Below are positions 12,307-22,510 of a stretch of DNA of 64,000 nt, in pieces. The DNA is from Armatimonadota bacterium. Its GTDB lineage: Bacteria; Armatimonadota; Fimbriimonadia; Fimbriimonadales; GBS-DC. Location: contig JBBIML010000011.1 of NCBI GenBank assembly GCA_037444405.1, positions 4,643 through 68,642 on the forward strand, read 5' to 3'. The notes beneath the pieces were generated by a model. The model saw only the letters and a program-made list of their open reading frames with translations, had not been told where the DNA came from and did no database searches. Position 1 is the stretch's first letter. Every line of letters begins with the position of its first letter. A program made the position numbers and the translations under genes.

Positions 12307-13551
12307 ATGAGCAGTCTGCAGCGCAAAGCGTTGCTGATTATTGGTGACGGGATGGGCGACCGCCCGGTGGCTGAGCTGGGCAATCGCACGCCGCTGGAAG
12401 CCGCGCACACGCCCTGCATGGATCGCCTCGCGCGGGAGGGCGAGTGCGGACTGATGGACCCGATTGCGCCCGGCATCCGCGCAGGCTCCGACACCGCGCA
12501 CCTCGCCATTTTAGGCTACGACCCCTACAAAGTCTACACAGGGCGCGGTCCGTTCGAGGCGCTGGGCATCGGCATGGAGGTGCATGGAGGCGATATTGCC
12601 CTGCGCTGCAACTTCAGCACCGTCGATGAGCAGTGGCGCGTGATCGACCGCCGCGCAGGACGCATCACCCAGGGCACCGATCAGCTCGCGACCGCGCTGA
12701 ACGGCGTTGAGATCGAGGGTGTGCAGTGCTTTTTCAAGGAGTCGGTGGCGCATCGGGGTGCGTTGGTGCTGCGCGGCGAGGGACTGAGCGCGCGCATCAC
12801 CGATGTGGACCCACACGCCGAGGGTGAGTTCGTCGCCGAGTGTCGCCCAATCGACCCCGATGACCCCGCCGCCCAGCGCACGGCGCGCGTGGTGAACGCC
12901 TTCGTGCGCCTCTCCTATGAGCGGCTCAAAGACCATCCCGTCAATCGGGAGCGGATGGCGCAGGGCTTGCTGCCCGCGAACATCATTTTGCCGCGCGGGG
13001 CAGGCGTCGCGCCCCATCTGGAGCCGTTCCCACAACGGCACGGCGTCCGCGCCGTCGCCGTCGTCGAAACGGGGCTGATCCGCGGCATCGCCCGATTCGT
13101 CGGCATCGACACCCTGCACGCGCCCGGCACCACGGGCGGACTCGACTCCGACCTGATGAGCATGGGGCGCACGCTGCTGCAGGCGCTGCAGGCGTACGAT
13201 TTTGTGCTGTGCAATGTTAAAGCGCCCGATATCTGCGGGCACGACGGCAACCCCATCCAGAAGGTGAAGGTGATTGAGCGGATGGACGCGATGCTGGGGC
13301 TTATATTAGATTCTGCGGATCGCGACCTCTATATCGCGCTGACCGCTGACCACTCCACGCCCTGCTCGGTGCGCGACCATTCGGGCGATCCTGTGCCGCT
13401 GCTGATCTGGGGACCCGACCTGCGCGGCGATACGGTGCAACAGTTCCACGAGCGCGCCTGCATGCAGGGCGGGCTGGGACGCCTGCGCGGGTGCGACCTC
13501 GTGCCCATCCTGACCCAGCTGATGGGTGCCCAGCAGAAGTTCGGCGCGTGA
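12307..13551 (+). CDS. apgM: Cofactor-independent phosphoglycerate mutase, archaeal-type (ApgM)
   Basis: LLIIGDGMGDRP...TPLEAAHTPCMD...ADHSTP... matches the ApgM/metalloenzyme superfamily pattern. Confidence 0.88.
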   Translation: MSSLQRKALLIIGDGMGDRPVAELGNRTPLEAAHTPCMDRLAREGECGLMDPIAPGIRAGSDTAHLAILGYDPYKVYTGRGPFEALGIGMEVHGGDIALRCNFSTVDEQWRVIDRRAGRITQGTDQLATALNGVEIEGVQCFFKESVAHRGALVLRGEGLSARITDVDPHAEGEFVAECRPIDPDDPAAQRTARVVNAFVRLSYERLKDHPVNRERMAQGLLPANIILPRGAGVAPHLEPFPQRHGVRAVAVVETGLIRGIARFVGIDTLHAPGTTGGLDSDLMSMGRTLLQALQAYDFVLCNVKAPDICGHDGNPIQKVKVIERMDAMLGLILDSADRDLYIALTADHSTPCSVRDHSGDPVPLLIWGPDLRGDTVQQFHERACMQGGLGRLRGCDLVPILTQLMGAQQKFGA

Positions 13552-13589
13552 CTTCTGGACTGCGGAAGCCCTGCTTCCGCACTCAGAAG
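13552..13589 (+). terminator. Hairpin downstream of apgM (no U-tract)
   Basis: Core stem tgcggaagc/gcttccgca (13561-13581) with loop cct, flanked by cttctg...cagaag. Confidence 0.45.
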
Positions 13590-13659
13590 CAGGAATCGAA
13601 TCGGCGAGGGCGAAGCCTGTATCTGGAGCAAAAACCAAAACGGAGGAGAGTGATGCACT

Positions 13660-14397
13660 ATGCCGACAGTTGCGATAACGCTGGATTGTGAGGCAGCCGA
13701 TTACCCGCGCTGCTATACCCGTGACTACATCAAAGTGGCTGAAGAGTTCACCATCCCCATCACCTGGATGATTCAGGTCTCCGGCAAAGACCCTATGGGC
13801 AATGTGCAGCTCTATTATCGGGAGTATCTGCATCGAATCCCGTCGTGGCATGAGTTCGGCTTGCATTTACATTTTGAGGACAGGGACGGACGCTATGTGG
13901 AGGACCCGCGCGAGCGTGGCGAACTCATTCAGATGGGCAAAGATATGCTGAAGCAGGCACACCTGAAGCCGACCGCTTTCCGCGCGGGCAGCTACGCGCT
14001 CATCCCGCCCGACCTGAAATATCTGGAAGATATGGGCATTCTGGTCGATTCGTCCGCAGTGCCCGATGCCGACTACAAGATGTTCGTGGACTGGCGCGGT
14101 GCGCCCGCACGCCCCTATCACCCCTCTTACGAAGACCTGCGCCGCCCCGGCGAAGCGAAGATTTTGATGGTGCCGATAGCCACCGCGAACGGCAAGATTG
14201 CCTATCTGGATCAGGGCTGGGATGTGGTGCGCCCCATTCTGGAGTATCATCTGGAGGCGCAGACGCCTGTAATCTGCATCGGCGGCTACGACTATCAGGA
14301 CAGCACCGAAACACTGCGCGAGACCATTCTGTTCCTCAAAAAGCACAGCGCCCGCTTCACCACACTCACCCAGATTGTATCGGAGTATACGCTATGA
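13660..14397 (+). CDS. Hypothetical protein, possibly polysaccharide-deacetylase-fold
   Basis: 245 aa. ITLDCEA...HLHFED...FRAGSYAL loosely resembles deacetylase/GH-57-like beta/alpha barrels. Weak assignment. Confidence 0.45.
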   Translation: MPTVAITLDCEAADYPRCYTRDYIKVAEEFTIPITWMIQVSGKDPMGNVQLYYREYLHRIPSWHEFGLHLHFEDRDGRYVEDPRERGELIQMGKDMLKQAHLKPTAFRAGSYALIPPDLKYLEDMGILVDSSAVPDADYKMFVDWRGAPARPYHPSYEDLRRPGEAKILMVPIATANGKIAYLDQGWDVVRPILEYHLEAQTPVICIGGYDYQDSTETLRETILFLKKHSARFTTLTQIVSEYTL

Positions 14398-15551
14398 TCG
14401 ACGCACGCTGGCAACGGTTGGCGGATGTGCTGGTGTTCCATTCGGTGCGGGTTCAGCCGGGCGAGCGCGTGCTGATCGAAGCGTTCGATATGCCGCCGGA
14501 GTTCGTCGCGCTGCTCGCCCGCACCATCGCACAGGCGGGTGGCGTGCCGATTGTTGAGCTCAAGAGCAGCACGGTGCTGCGCGCGCTCTATCAGAACGCC
14601 AGCGAGGAGCAGATTCGCTTCATCGCGGGGTTGGAGCGCGCCCGCATGGAGCAGGTACATGGCTATATCGGCTTGCGCGGCACGCCCAACTTCGCCGAGA
14701 TGTCCGATGTGCCCGCCGATAAGATGAAAATGGTGCGCCAGCTGTGGTGGACACCTGTCCATCAGGAGGTGCGCGTGCCCCGAACGAAATGGGTCGTGCT
14801 GCGCTGGCCCACCGTCGGCATGGCACAGGCGGCGAACATGAGCACCGAAGCCTTCGAGGAGTTCTACTTTCGGGTCTGCACGCTGGATTATGCCCGTATG
14901 GAGCGGGCGGTTCAGCCGTTGGTGGAGCTGATGGAGCGCACGCGCGAGGTCCACATCAAGGGACCTGGCACCGACCTGCGTTTCTCCATCGAGGGCATCG
15001 GCGTCGTGCCGTGCTTCGGCTTGCGCAACATCCCCGACGGCGAATGCTTCACCTGCCCCGTGCGCGACTCGGTGGAGGGCGAGATCACCATCAACACCGG
15101 CAGTGTGTATGAGGGCAACCTCTACCGCGATATTCGGTTCCGCCTGCGGCAGGGCAGGATTGTGGAGGCGACCTGCGCCGATGATGGCGACCGCCCTGGC
15201 GCGGGCAACCCGCGCAAGCTGAACGCTATTCTGGACACCGACGAGGGCGCCCGCTACATCGGCGAATGGTCGCTCGGCTTCAACCCCCACATCCTCTACC
15301 CGATGAACGACACCCTCTTCGATGAGAAGATTGCAGGTTCGTTCCACTTCACACCTGGCAACGCCTATCAGGAAGCGGACAACGGCAACCGTTCGTCGGT
15401 ACACTGGGACCTGGTGGTGATCCAGCGTCCCGAATATGGCGGCGGCGAGATCTACTTCGATGGGCGACTGGTGCGCAAGGATGGGCTGTTCGTGCTACCT
15501 GAACTGCAGGGACTGAACCCGCAGGAACTGGCGCGGGCTGAAGGGGAGTAA
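14394..15551 (+). CDS. Aminopeptidase, M29 (AmpS/PepS) family
   Basis: MIDARWQRLADVLV.HSV.VQPGERVLI... and the C-terminal HFTPGNAY...VHWDLV match the M29 family pattern. 4-nt overlap with the upstream ORF. Confidence 0.85.
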   Translation: MIDARWQRLADVLVFHSVRVQPGERVLIEAFDMPPEFVALLARTIAQAGGVPIVELKSSTVLRALYQNASEEQIRFIAGLERARMEQVHGYIGLRGTPNFAEMSDVPADKMKMVRQLWWTPVHQEVRVPRTKWVVLRWPTVGMAQAANMSTEAFEEFYFRVCTLDYARMERAVQPLVELMERTREVHIKGPGTDLRFSIEGIGVVPCFGLRNIPDGECFTCPVRDSVEGEITINTGSVYEGNLYRDIRFRLRQGRIVEATCADDGDRPGAGNPRKLNAILDTDEGARYIGEWSLGFNPHILYPMNDTLFDEKIAGSFHFTPGNAYQEADNGNRSSVHWDLVVIQRPEYGGGEIYFDGRLVRKDGLFVLPELQGLNPQELARAEGE

Positions 15552-15565
15552 TATCCTTCAGGCAG

Positions 15566-18500
15566 ATGCAGCGCGCGATTTTTGTTGACCCATCGGGCAG
15601 GCGTCGCCGCCGGGTGCAGATGGCGAGCGGGGTGCTGCTTGCGCTGATGGGCGTGCTGGGCACGGCTTTCGTGCTGAGTTTGCTGCTGCCCGCGCTCATT
15701 CCGCAATGGCGGCAGGGCTGGAGCGACCGTTCATTGTTGCCGCGCCCAGTGGCACGCAGTGTGGCGCTACGGCGTTACCTCTATCGTCGCGCTCGCGCTC
15801 AGCTGCTCCGCGCCATTCAGCACGAGCAGCAAGCTATCCAGGTCGAACAGCAGGGCAACCAGCAGGGTCAACATGAGGATGGTGACCGCCCTCATCGTTC
15901 GTCATCCTCTGCAGCGCCGATTGTGGCAGCCTTCTACGCGCCCTGGCAGGAGGTGGGCTTGCATACGCTGCGGGCGAACGCCAGCCATCTGACCCATCTG
16001 TTCCCGGTGTGGCTGAATCTGACCCCTGACGGTCAACAGCTGGACACGCGCCCCGCATCGATCAAGCTGGCGCCCCTCAACCAGCAGGTGCTGGCGATTG
16101 CCCACCGCGCCGGCTTGCAGATTCATCCCGTTTTCAGCAACGCGGGCACGAACGGCTTCGACGCGCAGCGTGCCCATCGACTGCTGCAATCGCCTGCTTC
16201 CCAGTGGCGCATCGCTCAATCGCTGTGCCACTGGCTGCTTGCCAATCGTTTTCAGGGCGTGAATGTGGATTTTGAGTCGTTGTCGCCTGCCGACTACCCG
16301 CGCCTGGTGGCATTCGTGCGCCGGCTGCGTCGCGTGCTGGCGCCGGCGCACCTGCAGGTCAGCGTCGATGTGGAGGCGCAGATGCCCGTTTCTGTTGTGC
16401 GTGCGCTGGCAGAAAGCAGCGATTTCATCGTGCTGATGCTCTATGACGAGCATTACCAGTCAGGCGAGCCAGGTGCCATCGCGTCGATTGGCTGGACAGA
16501 TCGGTTGCTGCGGCAGGTGCTCACGCAGGTGCCTGCGCAGAAGGTGGTGGCAGGGTTCGCGAACTATGCCTATGACTGGCAGCGTGGTCGGCGTGACGCC
16601 GAAGTGTTGTCCTTCACCCAGGCACTCTCGCGGGCCCGCGACAACCGCCCCGATGAACCACCCCAGAAAGTGGTCGACTTCGACCCTGTCGCGCTCAACA
16701 CCACCTTTGAGTACCTCGATGAAGCGGGACACGAACATGAGGTGTGGCTGCTGGATGCCATCTCCTTTTACAATCAGTGGCAGGTTGCGCGGCGCTACGG
16801 CGTGCGCGGCGTGAGCCTGTGGGTGCTGGGGCTGGAAGACCCCACCGTGTGGAACCTGCTGGATCGCCAGCACTTGATGACTCCTGACGCCCGCACCCTG
16901 CGCGAAATTCATTACCCATTTGACATCGAGTTCGATGGTGAAGGGGAGATATTGCAGCTGCGCTCTGCACCTGCGAAAGGTGAACGCACGCTGGAGATCG
17001 ATGCGCGCACGCAGCTCTGCACCGATGTGGTCTATCAGCGCTATCCCTCGCCTTACCTGATAGAGCGATGGGGTTACCATCCGCACACAGTGGCGCTCAC
17101 CTTTGATGACGGACCCGACCCGCGCTACACGCCCCTGATCCTGAACTTGCTGCGCCGCTATCATGTGCCTGCGACCTTCTTCGTGATCGGGCTGAACGCG
17201 GAGCGGTATCCTGAGCTGATTCGCCGCATGTGGCAGCAGGGTCACGAAATCGGCAATCATACCTTCAGCCATCCGAACATGAGCGCAATATCGGAGTGGC
17301 GGGCGGAGCTGGAATTGAACGCGACGCAACGCCTCCTGCAGAGCCTGCTGGGACGCACCACGCGCCTGTTCCGACCACCCTACGATGCCGATGCAGAACC
17401 CAGCACCGCTGCCGAAGTGCGTCCTATTCTTATCGCCACCCGCATGGGCTATCTCACCATCGGCGAACTGATCGACCCCACCGACTGGCAAACGGAATGG
17501 GCGGACGGTGCGGGACATCTGCATCGGCGCACCGGGGCGGACATAGCGCAGGATGTGCTGAACCAGCTTGACAGTCGTCAGGGCAATGTGATCCTGCTGC
17601 ATGATGGTGGTGGCGACCGTTCGGCAACGGTAGAAGCGCTGCAGATTCTCATTCCCGAGTTGCAGCGGCGGGGCTATCGGTTTGTGCCTGTGTCGGCGTT
17701 GATGGGTGTCTCCCGCGAGCAGGTGATGCCGCCGCTCACGGGTAAGGAGCGCGTGCTGGCGGGCGCAGATGCCCTCGTGTTCACCCTGATGTTCTGGTGG
17801 CAAAATGCGCTGATTGTGCTGCTGTATGTGAGTCTGATTCTGGGTGTGGGGCGGTTGCTGTGGGTGGTGCCGCTGGCGGTGTGGGAGGCGCGTCGGCGCG
17901 TGCTGACGGCGCCTGGTCTGCCCGTCGAGCCGCCTCTCGTAAGCGTGTTGATTGTTGCCTACAATGAGGAGCCTGTCATCGCCCGCACCATCGAGACCGT
18001 ACTCCATAGCGATTATCCTGCGCTGGAAGTGGTAGTGGTGGACGACGGTTCGCAGGATGGCACGGCGCAGGTTGTTCAGCAACGGTTTGGCGACGACCCG
18101 CGCGTCAGGCTAATCTGTCAGCCCAACATGGGTAAAGGTGCCGCGCTCAATCGCGCTCTTCAGCATGCGCAGGGCGAAATCGTGGTCTGCATCGATGCCG
18201 ACACGCAGGTTGCCCCCGATGCGATTCGGCGCCTCGTGGCACACTTTGCGGACCCGCAGGTGGGTGCGGTTGCGGGCAATATTAAGGTGGGCAACCGCCA
18301 GAATCTGCTCACGATCTGGCAAGCCATCGAGTATATCACCAGCCAGAACGCGGAGCGGCGTGCTGGCGCCCTGCTGAACGCGGTGCTGGTGGTGCCGGGC
18401 GCGCTGGGCGCGTGGCGGCGTCCAGCAGTGCAAGGTGCAGGTGGCTATGAGACCGACACGCTGGCTGAAGATATGGACCTGACCTGGCGGCTGCGCATGG

Positions 18501-19090
18501 CGGGCTGGCGTATCGAGCATGAGCCGCTGGCACACGCCTATACCGAAGCGCCGACCACGCTCCGCGCCTTCCTGCGCCAGCGGTTCCGATGGAGCTTCGG
18601 AACCCTGCAGTGCCTGTGGAAGCATCGGCGGGCACTGGGGCGCTATGCATGGTTCGGCTGGTGGCTGCTGCCTTCGGTAATCCTGTTTCAGGTGCTGTTT
18701 CAGCTGGTGGCACCCTTTATTGACCTTAAGCTGCTCTGGCTGCTGGGCTATGGGTCTATTGGCTGGCTGCAAGCGGGGCTGGTACTGCACCACTGGGCGC
18801 CGCCAGCGGACTGGATGGCGGCGCTGGGGCGCGTCGGACTGTTCTACAGCCTGTTTTACTGCCTGGAATTGCTGATGGCGTGGCTGGCGTTCGGGCTGGA
18901 TCGGGAGCCGCGCCGCCTGCTGATCTGGCTGTTCTGGCAGCGACTGGCGTATCGATGGCTGCTGCATCTGGTGATGTGGCGTGCGATTGCCGCTGCCATT
19001 GTAGGCACACGCCAGAGCTGGGGCAAACTGCGACGGTACGGCACCGTGACCATCACGCCCGCGTCCACCCAGAAACCCGCTCTCGATTGA
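15566..19090 (+). CDS. Multidomain exopolysaccharide enzyme: TM anchor + GH18-like domain + NodB/CE4 deacetylase + family-2 glycosyltransferase with C-terminal TM bundle
   Basis: GVNVDFESL (GH18-like DxE), TFDDGPDPRYTP...ATFFVIG...GHEIGNHTFSHPNM (NodB), and VSVLIVAYNEE...VVVDDGSQDGT...DADT...QRFRW (processive GT2, PgaC/NodC/chitin-synthase-like). Confidence 0.85.
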   Translation: MQRAIFVDPSGRRRRRVQMASGVLLALMGVLGTAFVLSLLLPALIPQWRQGWSDRSLLPRPVARSVALRRYLYRRARAQLLRAIQHEQQAIQVEQQGNQQGQHEDGDRPHRSSSSAAPIVAAFYAPWQEVGLHTLRANASHLTHLFPVWLNLTPDGQQLDTRPASIKLAPLNQQVLAIAHRAGLQIHPVFSNAGTNGFDAQRAHRLLQSPASQWRIAQSLCHWLLANRFQGVNVDFESLSPADYPRLVAFVRRLRRVLAPAHLQVSVDVEAQMPVSVVRALAESSDFIVLMLYDEHYQSGEPGAIASIGWTDRLLRQVLTQVPAQKVVAGFANYAYDWQRGRRDAEVLSFTQALSRARDNRPDEPPQKVVDFDPVALNTTFEYLDEAGHEHEVWLLDAISFYNQWQVARRYGVRGVSLWVLGLEDPTVWNLLDRQHLMTPDARTLREIHYPFDIEFDGEGEILQLRSAPAKGERTLEIDARTQLCTDVVYQRYPSPYLIERWGYHPHTVALTFDDGPDPRYTPLILNLLRRYHVPATFFVIGLNAERYPELIRRMWQQGHEIGNHTFSHPNMSAISEWRAELELNATQRLLQSLLGRTTRLFRPPYDADAEPSTAAEVRPILIATRMGYLTIGELIDPTDWQTEWADGAGHLHRRTGADIAQDVLNQLDSRQGNVILLHDGGGDRSATVEALQILIPELQRRGYRFVPVSALMGVSREQVMPPLTGKERVLAGADALVFTLMFWWQNALIVLLYVSLILGVGRLLWVVPLAVWEARRRVLTAPGLPVEPPLVSVLIVAYNEEPVIARTIETVLHSDYPALEVVVVDDGSQDGTAQVVQQRFGDDPRVRLICQPNMGKGAALNRALQHAQGEIVVCIDADTQVAPDAIRRLVAHFADPQVGAVAGNIKVGNRQNLLTIWQAIEYITSQNAERRAGALLNAVLVVPGALGAWRRPAVQGAGGYETDTLAEDMDLTWRLRMAGWRIEHEPLAHAYTEAPTTLRAFLRQRFRWSFGTLQCLWKHRRALGRYAWFGWWLLPSVILFQVLFQLVAPFIDLKLLWLLGYGSIGWLQAGLVLHHWAPPADWMAALGRVGLFYSLFYCLELLMAWLAFGLDREPRRLLIWLFWQRLAYRWLLHLVMWRAIAAAIVGTRQSWGKLRRYGTVTITPASTQKPALD

Positions 19091-19096
19091 AACCGC

Positions 19097-19720
19097 TCAC
19101 AACAGCAGCAGATAGAGGCTGGCTTCGACCTGTTCCATCGTGTAGAACTCATACCCGCGTGCCCGCAGCTTGATCAGCATGCGGGGCAATACCTCCAGCA
19201 TCGGCAGAATGCCATCGTGCAACAGGATAATCGCGCCGTTGACCACACGCTCCAGCACGCGCGCCTCGATCAGCGCGCCCTGCGATATGCGGTAATCTTT
19301 GGGCGCAACGGTCCATAGCACCGTCGTTAGCCCTTCCGCCCGCGCCATCTCAATCACCTTGCGATTGCAATCGCCACCCGGCGGTCGACAAAAACGCATT
19401 CGGTAGCCCGTAATCAGCTCAACCGCGCGGTTGCACAGTCGCCACTCCGCTCGCACGATGGCAGGCGGCAAGGAAATCAGGCGACGATGGGTAAAGCTGT
19501 GATTGCCCAGCGTGTGCCCTGCATCATGGATGGCACGCACCAGATGGGGGAGCTTGAGTGCCTGCTTACCCACCACGAAGAAAGTTGCCTGCACGCGCTG
19601 CTGCTCCAGAATGCGCAACAGGCGTGGCGTGCGGTTCAGATGGGGACCGTCGTCAAAAGTGAGTGCCACCGCCCGCAGATAGGGGTTCCCCCGCATAATC
19701 TTGTCTAAACTCAGACTCAC
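19097..19720 (-). CDS. Polysaccharide deacetylase (NodB/CE4)
   Basis: VALTFDDGPH...ATFFVVG...GHTLGNHSFTH motifs. Confidence 0.85.
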   Translation of the reverse strand: MSLSLDKIMRGNPYLRAVALTFDDGPHLNRTPRLLRILEQQRVQATFFVVGKQALKLPHLVRAIHDAGHTLGNHSFTHRRLISLPPAIVRAEWRLCNRAVELITGYRMRFCRPPGGDCNRKVIEMARAEGLTTVLWTVAPKDYRISQGALIEARVLERVVNGAIILLHDGILPMLEVLPRMLIKLRARGYEFYTMEQVEASLYLLLL

Positions 19721-19763
19721 TGCCCGCTCCCTCCGCGCAATAGGATTACGATAGAAATATATC

Positions 19764-20288
19764 TCAAGCGTTTACTTCCTCAGCATGGAGGGAACCCTTT
19801 GTAATCCAGCGATCGAACATGAAGTGGAAAAGCGGGGTGTGAAGCGAGATGATGAACGCATGGAATTTGTAATTCGTGCCCCAGTGGAAGAGCGCACCAA
19901 TACCCACTATGAAGAGAAAGGTGCAGACACCGATAGTCAGCCAGCCTGTCAGCATGGACGGCGTGCCACGCGGCAATCGCACCCATTCGGGAGCAGGATA
20001 CCCAAGCCATTCTGCTGGCGGGTTGAGTAGCTGGGGGTATATGAGGTGGTAAGGGCGCTCGGTATAGCGCTGGAGCATCGCGATCAGCCAGAGGGCGCCC
20101 AGCGCCATGACAGGGACCGTGTCGAGCCATCGCCCGCGCCACAGCCCCAGCACATCCAGCAACCCGACCGAACAGAAAAAGAGGATTGCACCGCCCAGTA
20201 GCTCTATACCAATCGGCAGCTGCGGCGGTTTCAGGTTGCTACCTTTGTAGCTCTCAATCGCTTCGCTATCCCTTTGCTCCTCGCCCAT
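19764..20288 (-). CDS. Hypothetical integral membrane protein
   Basis: About 4 hydrophobic segments. The probable start is MGEEQRD (ATG 20288). No recognised family. Confidence 0.5.
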   Translation of the reverse strand: MGEEQRDSEAIESYKGSNLKPPQLPIGIELLGGAILFFCSVGLLDVLGLWRGRWLDTVPVMALGALWLIAMLQRYTERPYHLIYPQLLNPPAEWLGYPAPEWVRLPRGTPSMLTGWLTIGVCTFLFIVGIGALFHWGTNYKFHAFIISLHTPLFHFMFDRWITKGSLHAEEVNA

Positions 20289-20383
20289 GTGCGCCTCCTG
20301 AAAGGGGGTGTCCTCTGGCGACGCCTGTAAATAAGGATACCACACATGGTTGGTGCTTTCGTGCCTGACGGTGCAGAGGTATA

Positions 20384-22507
20384 ATGCGGGCGATGAGTGC
20401 AACTGCGACGCTGTTGCTGGAGATTGGCTGTGAGGAGATACCCGCGGCGTTCATGCGCAGTGCGCTGGAGCAGCTGAGAGCGCGGCTGGAAGAGACCCTG
20501 CGCGACTCGCGCCTGCCATTTGAAACCGTGCGCGTTTATGGCACGCCCCGCCGCCTGATCGCGCTCGCCGATTCGGTGGCAACCCATCAGACGCCTGAAG
20601 AGCGCGTAGTGCGCGGTCCCGCCAAGCGAGCATGCTTCGATGCGGAGGGCAAACCAACCCAGGCGCTGCTCGGCTTCGCCCGCTCGCAGGGCGTGGAGCT
20701 CGATCAGGTGCAGTTTGTGGAGACCCCACAGGGCGAATACGCCATCGTGCAAAAGCGCGACGAGGGTCAGCCCGCCGTTACGGTGCTGGCGAACGCCCTG
20801 CCCGCGCTCATCCGTGAGATGAGCTTCCCCAAAACCCTGCGCTGGGGCACGCACAAACTGCGCTTCGGGCGACCCATCCGCTGGATCGTCGCCATGCTGG
20901 GCGAGCAGGCAATTGAGTTCGAGCTGGACGGCATCCCATCGGGGCGATTCAGCCGCGGGCATCGATTCAGGGCGCCAGAACCGTTCGAAGTGCGCTCGCC
21001 TGAAACCTTTCTCCAGCAGCTGCGCGAGGTGTGGGTGATGGCAGACCCGGAGGAGCGCAAGGCTCTCATCCGTGAGGAGGCTTTTCGGCTCGCCCGCGAG
21101 GTGGACGCCCAGCCGCTCATCAGTGATGACCTGCTGGAAGAGAACACCTTTCTGGTGGAGTACCCGCATCTGCTGCGCGGCGCCTTTCCCGAAGCCTTTT
21201 TGCGCCTGCCCGCGCCCGTGCTGATCTCCGCGATGAAAAAGCACGAGAAGTTTTTCCCGCTGGTGAACGCCGAGGGCAGGCTGTTGCCCGGCTTCATCTC
21301 GGTCTACAACAACGGCAAGCCTGACCATGTGCGCGAGGGCAACGAGTGGGTGCTGATTGCCCGCTTCAACGATGCGAGCTTCTTCTTTGAGGAGGATTTG
21401 AAGCAGCCGCTGGAGGCGTTCGTGCAGGGGCTGGAGCGGATGCTGTTCCAGCAGAAGCTGGGCACGCTGGCGGACAAGACGCGCCGCCTGCAGAGGCTGG
21501 CAGAGCGGCTGGCGCGCGCACTCGACTGGGATCAGCCGACGCGCGAATGCCTGCTGCGAGCCGCTTTCCTGTGCAAAGCCGACCTCGCCACCCAGATGGT
21601 GATGGAGTTCCCCGACCTGCAGGGGATTATCGGCGAGGAGTACGCGGTTCGGTCGGGCGAGCCGCTGTGCGTGGCGCGAGCCATCGCCGAGCATTATCAG
21701 CCGCGCACCGCCGACGACGAACCGCCCCGCACGCCCGCTGGACGCGCGCTCGCCGTGCTGGATCGCATCGACACGCTGGTCGGCTATGTGGGGCTGGGCT
21801 ACCTGCCCAAAGGCTCCTCGGACCCGTTCGGACTGCGCCGCGCGGCGGCAGGCGTGGTGGAAATCCTCGCGGAGGAACCCGATTATCCCACGCTGTCGGA
21901 GCTGGTGCAGGTGGCGCACGATGAGTACCGCGCGGGCGGTGTCGCGCTCAAGCCGCTGCCCGCCGTGCAGACCGACCTGCGCACCCTGTTCTATAGCCGA
22001 CTGGAGGCGCTGTTAGAGGAGCAGGGCGTTCGGTACGATTTGATTCGCGCGGCGCTGGGCGGCGGCTGGGACGATTCGGTGTACGGCTTCGTTCAGCGGG
22101 CGCGACTGCTGCAGGCGCATCGGGATGAACCGACCTTCCGCGCGCTGGTGCTGACCGCGACGCGCCCCGCCAACATCATCGCCGCCGCCCGCAAGAAGAA
22201 CATTAACGCCCTCGCCAGCCTGAACGAGGTGGACCCCACCCTGTTTGAGCATGAGGTCGAATCGCGCCTCTACGCGGTGCTGCAGTCGCTGACTCCGCAG
22301 TTTGAGGCGCTCGCCTACCGACACGACTACGGCACGCTCTACACCCTTCTGCAGGAGCAGCTGGGCGAGCCGGTGAACAGGCTATTTGACCATGTGCTGG
22401 TGATGGCGGAGGACGAGGCGTTGCGTCGCAATCGCCTCAATTTGCTCGCCTGCGCCAACCGCCTCTACCTCGCGCTGGCGGACTTCACACAGGTGGTGGA
22501 GGGATAG
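20384..22507 (+). CDS. glyS: Glycine--tRNA ligase beta subunit
   Basis: LLLEIGCEEIPAAFM... is a typical GlyS N-terminus, and the ~700-aa length fits. A TATAAT lies at 20370-20375. Confidence 0.95.
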   Translation: MRAMSATATLLLEIGCEEIPAAFMRSALEQLRARLEETLRDSRLPFETVRVYGTPRRLIALADSVATHQTPEERVVRGPAKRACFDAEGKPTQALLGFARSQGVELDQVQFVETPQGEYAIVQKRDEGQPAVTVLANALPALIREMSFPKTLRWGTHKLRFGRPIRWIVAMLGEQAIEFELDGIPSGRFSRGHRFRAPEPFEVRSPETFLQQLREVWVMADPEERKALIREEAFRLAREVDAQPLISDDLLEENTFLVEYPHLLRGAFPEAFLRLPAPVLISAMKKHEKFFPLVNAEGRLLPGFISVYNNGKPDHVREGNEWVLIARFNDASFFFEEDLKQPLEAFVQGLERMLFQQKLGTLADKTRRLQRLAERLARALDWDQPTRECLLRAAFLCKADLATQMVMEFPDLQGIIGEEYAVRSGEPLCVARAIAEHYQPRTADDEPPRTPAGRALAVLDRIDTLVGYVGLGYLPKGSSDPFGLRRAAAGVVEILAEEPDYPTLSELVQVAHDEYRAGGVALKPLPAVQTDLRTLFYSRLEALLEEQGVRYDLIRAALGGGWDDSVYGFVQRARLLQAHRDEPTFRALVLTATRPANIIAAARKKNINALASLNEVDPTLFEHEVESRLYAVLQSLTPQFEALAYRHDYGTLYTLLQEQLGEPVNRLFDHVLVMAEDEALRRNRLNLLACANRLYLALADFTQVVEG

Positions 22508-22510
22508 AAG

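Noticed and set aside
14295-15404. 369-aa minus-strand ORF. The same applies to 10332-11333, 1537-2439, 12511-13242, 48545-49483, 49354-50325 and 60669-61445.
   Set aside because: All lie opposite genes with clear family motifs (M29 aminopeptidase, nrnA, ahcY, apgM, nosY/nosL, cupredoxin, cdaA). All have Arg/His/Gly/Ala-biased translations typical of antisense frames at high GC.
16460-18082. 540-aa minus-strand ORF
   Set aside because: It is antisense to the GH18/NodB/GT2 gene, whose motifs are clear. The translation is His/Arg/Gln-rich with no domains.
20231-21919. 562-aa minus-strand ORF
   Set aside because: Antisense shadow of glyS.
20384-22507. glyS without an adjacent glyQ
   Set aside because: Unlinked glyQ and glyS genes occur in several phyla. 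Without the whole genome this is not evidence of anything unusual.
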